A program made the translations under genes and the position numbers. Under the pieces are notes generated by a model. That model searched no databases, was not told the DNA's origin, and saw only the letters and a program-made list of their open reading frames with translations. This document shows positions 28,821-37,800 of a stretch of DNA of 64,000 nucleotides, in pieces. The DNA comes from Schmidtea nova (taxonomy: Eukaryota): the NCBI GenBank assembly GCA_044892505.1, contig CM097882.1:295244001-295308000 (forward strand), written 5' to 3'. The stretch's first letter is position 1, and each line of letters starts with the position of its first letter.

Positions 28821-29815
28821 ACCGATCCAAAAATCACAGACTAGAGACGTTTTACATTTCACTTACAATCAAGACTAAACTTTGATTTAAGTAACATTTC
28901 ATTTAACGAAGCGAGAATTTTTTGAAAAAACAGAATTCAAGTACGGAACGTAATTTTGATTGTTATTTTTTATGTACCCATGATTTTTATTTAATTAAAA
29001 GTTTATATGTAAAAGTTATTTTATTTTTTCATGGATTATTTTTAATGCATATAGCTATACTTCCTATGCTGCTCACGCGGCGAGGGAGTCCGAGTCGTCG
29101 TCGTGGGGCCTCAGGGTCTCACATGGCGGTTCAACCTTTTTATTATTTAATTTAGATGTGAAGTTTTATCTAGAAAATTTGATTGAATTTTTAGTCTAAT
29201 ACAGACCATTTGCAAATTATTTAATTTTGGGTTGCACAACGGACGAAGGTCGAGGGCCAAATATGTAGATTGCGGAGGGCGGATGGATAAGGAGGGACAC
29301 ACCATGGTAGGGCATGCTCAGTCTTTAAATTTTTGGTAAATTGAATCGAAAGGGAACCTCCCGCATGGAAAACAGTGAGCAACAACTAAAATAAATTTGA
29401 ATAATTTCGTTGGAATGAGAAAATCCAACGTAGTCCAAAGTCCGAATTCATTCGGAATCAGCATTTCGCCTACAAAATTTTAATATCGATAAATTCCGAT
29501 CGCGATGGAATGCGTCGGAAAATCCAAATTAAATTAGTTACTAAAAATAGGCCGATCGTCGTATATGACGCGGTTTCCCAAGTTATTCTCCGATCGCTGT
29601 ATATAGCGCGGAAATCTTGAGTAAATTTGATAATTCCTGAATGCTGTATATAGCACAGGACTAATTATGAACTCTTTATTCCGACCGTGGTAGATCACGG
29701 CGGAGAGAAATAAAATTAATCTTATTTTTTAACTGTTGTGATTATATGCAACATAATTAAATTATCAACGAATTTCCCCCTTAACTCATATTTATATCCA
29801 ATAAATGTAATATAG

Positions 29816-30295
29816 ATGTCGACAGCTGAACTTACAAATCAATTAACGCAACTACGGAATATGGAGCAAGGGAATCTGCGGAATGAAAATCTCTCGCAGC
29901 TCAAGGAACTACCAGCATCGATATTGCGAACCCTCAACTGCCAAATGTATCAGTGGCGACAGGGGTTTGGCCGAAAATGCCCGTTCTCGATATGGACAGG
30001 AGGGCACGACCAAATACTCTATCGAGGAGGACCGAACTGGCCGATTTCTCAAAGGCCGTACTCAAACAAATTTGGCCGACTTGTCGTACTGATCAAGGAC
30101 ACCGATGGACAGACAAGCCGTGTAATTTATTGGGGGCATATCCCTCGTCGAGAGCTGTGCCAATTGGGTCTGCACGAATTCCTGCCGCGAAAACCCTTCG
30201 GCAAGGAATGCCAGAAAGGACAACCTGCGTTTTCCTGGGCTCGTCTCCGACAGAAACCGATTAACAGCGAATTACATAGCCTGTTTCGGAGATAA
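29816..30295 (+). CDS. LTR-encoded ORF A, 159 aa, unknown function
   Basis: Intact ORF in GC-richer sequence; homologue at 62925..63346(-) shares LK.LPAS.LRTL..QM..WR..F...CPFSIW and RVIYWG.IP. Confidence 0.8.
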   Translation: MSTAELTNQLTQLRNMEQGNLRNENLSQLKELPASILRTLNCQMYQWRQGFGRKCPFSIWTGGHDQILYRGGPNWPISQRPYSNKFGRLVVLIKDTDGQTSRVIYWGHIPRRELCQLGLHEFLPRKPFGKECQKGQPAFSWARLRQKPINSELHSLFRR

Positions 30296-30479
30296 GAACT
30301 GATTGTCAAATCTTTCAAATTGTGATTAAATATTAATATTCAGCAGTGTTTTGTTATGTTGTTTTGAGTTTTGGTATTGTGTTTTTTAATAATTCATATT
30401 CGTAACCAAATAACCCTATGATCCGTTTCATTTTTCACATCATTTAATCATAGAGTAAATATCCTAAATACATTATAGA

Positions 30480-31076
30480 ATGAACCCAGATTTGATGCAG
30501 AAAGAATTGGAAAAGATGTGGCGGATTCGGAGAGCCCAGGACAAGGAATTGGGTCTCCTCAAGGCACAATTGATCAAAGCAGAGGCACAGATTGCATATT
30601 TGCGCAAAAGCTGGTTTGCTCCGGCCCGAATGAAGGAGCAAATCAGTAAAACCGAGCGCGCCCAACAGACTGCAGCCGATTACCAAATGGAATGGGAGGC
30701 TACAAAGATAGAACTCCGAAAATGCCTCCATTCCGTAACTGCCTCATACATCGAGAAGGAACTCAGAGAGCAAATCCGTCCGATTACGTACCAAGCTTGG
30801 ACGGCAGAAAAGAAGACAGTAAACTCCATTGGAACGGATGTCCCCGATTTAATTGAAAGTCGGAATGAGACAGCTCCTCCAGCCAATTCAACCACTTCAT
30901 CGGCGACTGCGCACCAGAAACGCAAGCGCATTGGGCAGAAACGGCGGAGACAGAGAAAATTATTTGCCCAGCAATTACAAATCCAAGTCGATGGTCTACA
31001 TCAGATGACTGAGGAAGCATTATTGACGGAGATTTTTCCTCCGGCGGGAGTTTTTACCGAACTCATTAAAAATTAA
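30480..31076 (+). CDS. LTR-encoded ORF B, 198 aa, coiled coil plus basic NLS-like tail
   Basis: Intact ORF with KRKRIGQKRRRQRK; homologue at 62168..62704(-). Confidence 0.8.
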   Translation: MNPDLMQKELEKMWRIRRAQDKELGLLKAQLIKAEAQIAYLRKSWFAPARMKEQISKTERAQQTAADYQMEWEATKIELRKCLHSVTASYIEKELREQIRPITYQAWTAEKKTVNSIGTDVPDLIESRNETAPPANSTTSSATAHQKRKRIGQKRRRQRKLFAQQLQIQVDGLHQMTEEALLTEIFPPAGVFTELIKN

Positions 31077-31550
31077 ATAAATTGTTGCATTGGCTTAAGA
31101 ATCTCATCGTTCATTTAAATTGATTTAATTAACTTTACCAATGATTAAATAAAGATAGAACAAAAGTATAAATTCAGTTTACAAAATATCGAATAGAGAT
31201 AATTAAATAATTAAGCGAGCATTCGTTGAAATACTTCTCGCAGACTGAGTAATGATAAAAATAAATTTTCTGAAAGATTAACACGGAATACCTAAGGGGA
31301 TGATTAAAGCGTAAGTCCTTCTAACGGCAGCAATGGACCCGTAAACATAAATGGGGAGTAGTACTAGCGATAGTGCTCACCTGCCCATCATTGTTTAACC
31401 ACCCTGCGCATCACCAACTTGATTATATAGGGAAATAATCAAGGGCGCTTGAGTGAAAAATTGCAATTTTATGCATGATCATGGATGAGGGATCCCTAGT
31501 CATTGTTAGAGCATTTTTCATCTAACCCCTCCATGAACCCAGCATAAATT

Positions 31551-31568
31551 TGGGGGCTCAGCCGGGAT
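31551..31568 (+). promoter_or_regulatory. Primer-binding site, tRNA-Pro type
   Basis: TGGGGGCTCAGCCGGGAT versus the canonical Pro PBS TGGGGGCTCGTCCGGGAT (16/18), 6 nt after the 5' LTR. Confidence 0.85.
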
Positions 31569-31876
31569 CAACTTCGTTTTATCGGAAAAAGGTGAATGTA
31601 AAATCTGCAGAGAGGTTTAAAATGCTCGTGTCAATTAATCTAATAAAAAACAGAAAGGTTATAATTAAATTTAAATTATTGTATAAAAATTAAAATAACA
31701 ACACGGTAGTGAACAAAAGTGAATTTAAAAGATTAAAATGCATGCATGGATAATTTGTCGGGACGACAATTTTCGGAAACACGGGGAGAGTTAAATATTA
31801 AAAGATACAAAACGAAACATATTACTACCTTAAAACGATAAAAATAATAGAGTTAAAACGATTATTTATTCAGTAA

Positions 31877-32338
31877 ATGGAGGAAAAACTGAAAGAAATC
31901 GAAGAATTTCTCAACACAGAAAGCGAAACATTAGGAACGATTGGCAAGAAAATAAACCGATTTAGAGAAATTGAATTTCAGGAACCCACAACACAGACTG
32001 AGGAAACAGATGAATTAATAAAGATAACAGAAAGAACAAGAAAAATCGACATAGAGACCCGCTACAAATGGTACAGAGCACGATTAGAAAATGCAGAACT
32101 AAACATTAGGTGCAGGCAAATAGAACAACGATTAACCTCAACTTATAATCGATGGAGGGCGCAGGGGGTAGAAGCAGCGAAAAAATACCGACAGTGCTAT
32201 ATATGTGAGGATAGCGAGATACAAATTATGTTTTTACCTTGTGGACATTTTCGTTTTTGTAAAATATGTGCCAGCAAGTGCGACCTATGTCCTATGTGCA
32301 ACCTGATGATAGACGATAAAATTATTGTATATTTATAA
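31877..32338 (+). CDS. Coiled-coil protein with C-terminal IAP-type C3HC4 RING (putative E3 ligase), 153 aa
   Basis: CYICEDSEIQIMFLPCGHFRFCKICASKCDLCPMC..I..KIIVYL-stop, the terminal RING layout of IAP/MDM2-like ligases; no BIR. Confidence 0.9.
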   Translation: MEEKLKEIEEFLNTESETLGTIGKKINRFREIEFQEPTTQTEETDELIKITERTRKIDIETRYKWYRARLENAELNIRCRQIEQRLTSTYNRWRAQGVEAAKKYRQCYICEDSEIQIMFLPCGHFRFCKICASKCDLCPMCNLMIDDKIIVYL

Positions 32339-32817
32339 TAAATAAAATTTGAATGGAATTTTATTGATTTATTGATAAGGAAATCATGGGTACAATTGTC
32401 ATATATAAATAATTTTTGAGCTACTGCAAAGTAGTCCGATAAGAATCCATTGGGAGGTACCGATTGATCAACTTATTCAAGGTGTATAGAAAGGGGCCCA
32501 TCGCAAATGTTGGAAAGTTTTTGTGATGTGATTGATCACCACATCCTGCATTAATGGACCAACGCGATCTTTTTGTATATTTTGGTTGGGGAGAGAGATA
32601 GGGAAATCTTGATGGAGTAAAGCGCGCATAAGAAAAATAAATAAAAAGTTGAAGCAGACTGATCAGGAATTAGTTATGATAGAATAGAGAGAAATGACAT
32701 TTTTGAAAGAATAAAAGGTGCATAGTCAGCTCGCATAGAGGTAGTTATAACTCAGCTGAGAAATTTTAATCGCTAGCGAAGTAGGGAATTGTGATTAACC
32801 GGTTAAGTAAAGTTTAT

Positions 32818-33080
32818 GAGATTTGTCCCTTGAAACAAAGGGTTAGGAGATTTGTCCCTTGAAACAAAGGGTTAGGAGATTTGTCCCTTGAAACAAAGGG
32901 TTAGGAGATTTGTCCCTTGAAACAAAGGGTTAGGAGATTTGTCCCTTGAAACAAAGGGTTATGAGATTTGTCCCTTGAAACAAAGGGTTATGAGATTTGT
33001 CCCTTGAAACAAAGGGTTATGAGATTTGTCCCTTGAAACAAAGGGTTATTAGCGGTTTGTCCCTTGAAAAAAAGGGTTGA
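32818..33080 (+). repeat. Tandem array of a 29-bp unit (8 near-perfect plus 1 degenerate)
   Basis: GAGATTTGTCCCTTGAAACAAAGGGTTA(G/T) starting at 32818, 32847 ... 33021. Confidence 0.95.
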
Positions 33081-33120
33081 GGCCAATGAGCCTTATTGAA
33101 TGACCTAGCTAGGCGTTATG

Positions 33121-33438
33121 GAGAGATTAAACTGAGGCCAATAGAGCCATTTGAGAGATTAAATTGAGGCCAATAGAGCCATTTGAGAGATTAAATTGAG
33201 GCCAAGAGAGCCATTTGAGAGATTAAATTGAGGCCAATAGAGCCATTTGAGAGATTAAATTGAGGCCAAGAGAGCCATTTGAGAGATTAAATTGAGGCCA
33301 ATAGAGCCATTTGAGAGATTAAATTGAGGCCAAGAGAGCCATTTGAGAGATTAAATTGAGGCCAATAGAGCCATTTGAGAGATTAAATTGAGGCCAATAG
33401 AGCCATGGGAGATATAAAATTGAGGCCAGAAGAGCCAT
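33121..33438 (+). repeat. Tandem array of a 32-bp unit (9 copies plus degenerate ends)
   Basis: GAGAGATTAAATTGAGGCCAA(T/G)AGAGCCATTT starting at 33121, 33153 ... 33377. Confidence 0.95.
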
Positions 33439-34051
33439 AGTGAATTATAGAGATATCCGGATAAATAGTAACAGGGGGAATATAGACCCATAGTATAATC
33501 GTCGACGAGATTTAGAGTAGTGCGCACCAGTAGTTAAGAGAATGCGAGTAAAGCTGATTATGCAACCTTAAGTAAAGCATGCAAGGAGAATAGTAAAAAT
33601 TTGGGCTGACCGGAGCAACCGGCAGAATGAGAAAAAACGATTGCTAGCAGGGAATAATGAGTAGAGATGATAAAATAATGATAAACGAGTCAGAAAGACT
33701 CAGGGAATTAGAGCGCTCGAGCGACCAATAAATTGGGAAACTGTGGGAAAAGTAACTGATTTGATAAAACATAGATAATTATTACGACGTAAATAGATAA
33801 TTGTGACCAGTCTATAGATAATTTAAATAGACTAAAAATAAAGGGGAATCTGGGAATTGGGAAATAATGAAAACCCAGTAATAAGTAATCCCGAAAGAAA
33901 GGGAATAAAAGCGCGACGATAACAATAATGTATCGTTGAGGACCTTTGTATTTTAGATATACAAATCAATCAAATCAATCAATCAAGCAAGAAGAATCAG
34001 AAAAACGATAAGAGATAGAACAGGAAAATTGAGTATACAAAAGTAATCCCC

Positions 34052-34867
34052 TTGAGAAAAGGAGCAAAGAGTGTCGTAGTAAAGCCAACGGAAAAGAAAG
34101 TCGGTAGCAACAGTAATAAAAAAGACAAAACTAGTACTACAACAAAATCAACAAAAAAGCAGAAAGCCGGCAAAGATAACCCACAAGGGAGTAAATCGAG
34201 GAAAATAATAAGAGATAAATCGATTACCGAAAACGATAAATTGTCAATAGTAAGCAACAGCTCAAGTAACAAAGAAAACCAAGCCGAACCCAAGGAGAAC
34301 CAACCAAGTGAAATAGAAAGCGACGAAACTAACAACTATAATATCGAAGAAATAGAACACGAGATAGAACAAGAAGGAGAAATCGACGAAACTAACAACG
34401 ACAATATTGAAGAAGTAGAAAACGAGGTAGAACAAGAGATAGAAATCAACGCGAGTGATAACGAAAGTATAATATCAGATAACGAAGGAATAAGAGAAAC
34501 AGAAAGCGATTCAAGCTCGAGTAAAACGGAAGACGAACATAACAACGAACTAGAAACAAGAGGAAACGAAAGTAAAATAACTCAAGACAGCGGAATTGAA
34601 ATGGGTGAACCAAGAGAAGAAATAAAGGATAAATTTTCAGGAGAACCGTTTAACGGAGATGCAAGTAAATTAGAAACCTTTTTAAAAGAATTTGGCATAT
34701 TCGTGGAAGTATGCAAATGGAAAGCTGAAACAACAGTAAGCAGAATTCAGTTATATTTGAAAGATAGTGCATTGGACCTATATTTGGAAGCGAAAAATGG
34801 TACCAATCCACCTACAAGCTGGACAGCGATAAAGGATTTTTTTCCAACAAACATTTGGAATAAATAA
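34052..34867 (+). CDS. gag: Gag N-terminal part (basic/acidic low-complexity region plus start of capsid), frameshifted into the next ORF
   Basis: EPFNGDASKLETFL..YLKDSALDLY..SWTAIKDFF. Removing one T from the T7 run at 34837-34843 gives DFFQQTFGINKVLSEAFIEFSMRKQ..NES...YA..L..LA, a continuous retrotransposon gag domain. First in-frame ATG is 34601. Confidence 0.85.
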   Translation: MRKGAKSVVVKPTEKKVGSNSNKKDKTSTTTKSTKKQKAGKDNPQGSKSRKIIRDKSITENDKLSIVSNSSSNKENQAEPKENQPSEIESDETNNYNIEEIEHEIEQEGEIDETNNDNIEEVENEVEQEIEINASDNESIISDNEGIRETESDSSSSKTEDEHNNELETRGNESKITQDSGIEMGEPREEIKDKFSGEPFNGDASKLETFLKEFGIFVEVCKWKAETTVSRIQLYLKDSALDLYLEAKNGTNPPTSWTAIKDFFPTNIWNK

Positions 34868-34868
34868 A

Positions 34869-37800
34869 GTGCTGAGCGAGGCATTCATAGAATTCTCAAT
34901 GAGGAAACAAAAGATGAATGAATCTAATGCGGTATACGCGAGCGAACTGAAAAAATTAGCAAAATCGGTATTCAAGGATGGAGGTCCAATAAACGAGGAG
35001 TTAATGGCAGCTATCTTCATAGGAGGATTAAGAAGACCCGACATAAGAGCACAAGTGGGATGTCAAGGATGCAAGACCATAGATCAAGCGTTAGAAACAG
35101 CTAACCGATTTGAATTACACATGATAGGAAGTGAGGGCAGAATTTATTTAGCCATGGACACAGCGCAAACCGAACCAGAGGTAAATCTCAACAATCACAT
35201 TCCAAATTCGCAACAATTAAACCGACCACCCCCTCAACGAAGGAATGAAGGAAATAAGGTGCAGAACTTTGAAAGCCAAAACAATTACAACCCTCAAAGA
35301 CAAACAAAACAATGTAAAACATGTGGAAAGTTAGGACACTGGCAGCAAGAATGCTATCAAAATTTGAATTGCGGAAAATGTGGAGTTAAAGGACACTCGG
35401 AAAGCAGATGTTCTACAATAATCTGTTTTAATTGCGGACGACCTGGTCACTATTCAAGAAATTGCGGACAAAAAAGTAATCAACGAGGAAACTGGCAGAG
35501 TAATGGGAACCGACCAAATTACGGAAATCAAGCAAATACTGTAAACCGACCAGATTATGGGAACCAACAAGTCAATAATAACAATAATCAGAACAAAACC
35601 ACCCCCAAAGAAATACATTTAATGCAAGAAGTCCAAAGATTGACGGAACTTATAAACAATACGACGAGAGGAAATCCGCAAACCAATCAACAGCAAATTA
35701 GCATGATGAGAAAAATAGAAAGCGAAAACGAACGATTGAATCGAGAAAGTCAAGCACGACACGCTCAGGAATGGGCAAGAATACAAAGAGAGGATGAACA
35801 AAAACAGCAAGAAAGAGAACGACAACCTCTAAGAATTAACATGCTAAGAGCAACAAACCAAACAGACACTCGCGAGAAAGAAACCACACTGGAAATGAAT
35901 TCGATAGACCCGAATCCAGCCGACAACGAAAGTCGAAAAGAAATAGTACAAAAAGATGAAGAAGTAGAAAAAGAAGCAGAAAAGGGAGAGGAAACCGAGA
36001 TAAACCAGGAAGAGAGAAGAAAAATTTGGAAAAAAGGAATGATGGTAATCATGCCCAACGACCATATGTTTCGATTCCAATATAACGCAAAAGAAAAGGT
36101 GGAAATACTGTTCAATAAAGTAAACCAGATGATTCCAGGAGTGACAAAACTGCCCAGAGAAGCGTTCTTACAAATAGGAGATGCACCATCAGTAAAATTA
36201 AAATTAACAGATACATGGGAAAACGTGGGAGTAACAGAGACAAAAAGAAATGTGATGAGAATTAAAGAAATAGAACCAGAAGAAATTCCACCACCAATAC
36301 GTCACGAAACCCGAATCCGGCGAATATTTGAAGGAAAAATGATAAGAAGACGTTTAAAAGAGATAGACGAGTTGGGAAAGAAAATGGGAAAAGTCGAAGT
36401 AATAGAGGACAAGAGTGAACCAACACCAGAAATTGACAAAAACGAACAAGAACCAACGGAGAATATACAAGGAGAAACGAACCAAACAGCACATATTAAT
36501 ATGTTAAGAAATACCACCAGAGAGTTTTCCGATGAAGAAGAAGATAGTGACATCAGTAGCCTAGCAGGAGACATATTAAATGAATCCGAAGACGAAAATA
36601 AAGAGAGAGAAGTAATAAAGACCTCAGAACCTACACAGATAAAAGTAGATGAAATCCAGAAATTACTAGATAACTCGCTAGAAGTAATATATAACGAAGA
36701 GTTCATGGACAAGAAACAATATCGGAAATTCATGAAAGCATTATTACAAATGAACTACAAAGAATGGTTACAAGACCGGGAAGTAGACATGTTGAATCGA
36801 TACGTAGGGAAATTAATAGAGGAACCACTCCTCAATTACACCATCTCAATAATAATAAATACGTCTACACCAAGAATCTGGATCAAAACTCCATTTACAG
36901 ATGATATCTACAGATGGGTAGAGGACAGACTAGGGAGCTCATATAAAAACAAATTCATCTATTCGCAGAATAGACTCGTAAAGAAAAAAACGCACTTAGT
37001 GGAAACAGGTATATGGCCAGGAGAAATAACTCTGTTATCAATATGTGATGAAAAAGAAGAAGAGAACCTACAAGAAGTTGCAAGGGAAGCAAACGCGTGC
37101 TTCGAACGGAGAATAAAACCACGGTTAGAATACGAGAAAGAACGAGTCTTACGAAAAAATCTAAATTCCCTGATAGAACAAATCATACCACAAGTCAAAA
37201 AACATAGAAAAGAGTTAATGAGAAGCGAATACGAGAAATTAAAACGATGTATTGAGTGCATACGTGACACAAGTCACACGAGATGGTCACAAATCTCACA
37301 CGATAAATTAATCGCAAAAATGGGAAAAACAATGTTCAGACAAGGGAAAATAACAGATCTAAAAATTTCGGTAGAATTACCTAATGAGGACACCAAAGAA
37401 ATTGAGGTGGTAGCGGATTGCACCATTAGGGAATTAATAAATGTCATCAACGAGACACTAGTGCAGAGAGAACCAGAAGACGAATGGGAAGACGACATAA
37501 TCATACAATACAACGAACATGTATTATGGGATCACGATGAGAGACGATTATATAAAATCGGTATATGGGATAATCACCAAACAATCCACGTTAGCAGAAT
37601 GGGCGATACACCAAGGGAAACTGCTAAAGATGAGAAAAGAGAACGGGAACGACGGAAAGAAGTTGTGCGTAAATTACAACAAATAGTAGAAATTTATCGA
37701 AATTGGCGAATTGGGCCAGAGTGGGAAAATGTACTAGAAGAACTCAATCTCAACAGACGAATACGAACACCCGTAGAAAAACAATGGAACGAGAAAGGAA

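Larger units (their letters stand above)
28437..31544 (+). repeat. 5' LTR (3,108 bp)
   Basis: Starts TGTTGGG and ends CCCAGCA (6/7 inverted match); no difference from 55045..58152 in the segments I compared. Confidence 0.97.

Noticed and set aside
28922-29155. 77-aa ORF early in the LTR (TTG start)
   Set aside because: Non-ATG start, mostly AT-rich low-complexity sequence; conservation here appears to be at the nucleotide motif level rather than protein.
29883-30264. Overlapping alternative-frame ORFs (69 and 103 aa) within LTR ORF A
   Set aside because: Only the 29816 frame is conserved in the diverged LTR homologue.
32818-33438. CRISPR-like appearance of the 29-bp and 32-bp repeats
   Set aside because: The units are head-to-tail with no unique spacers, there are no cas genes, and the context is a eukaryotic retroelement.
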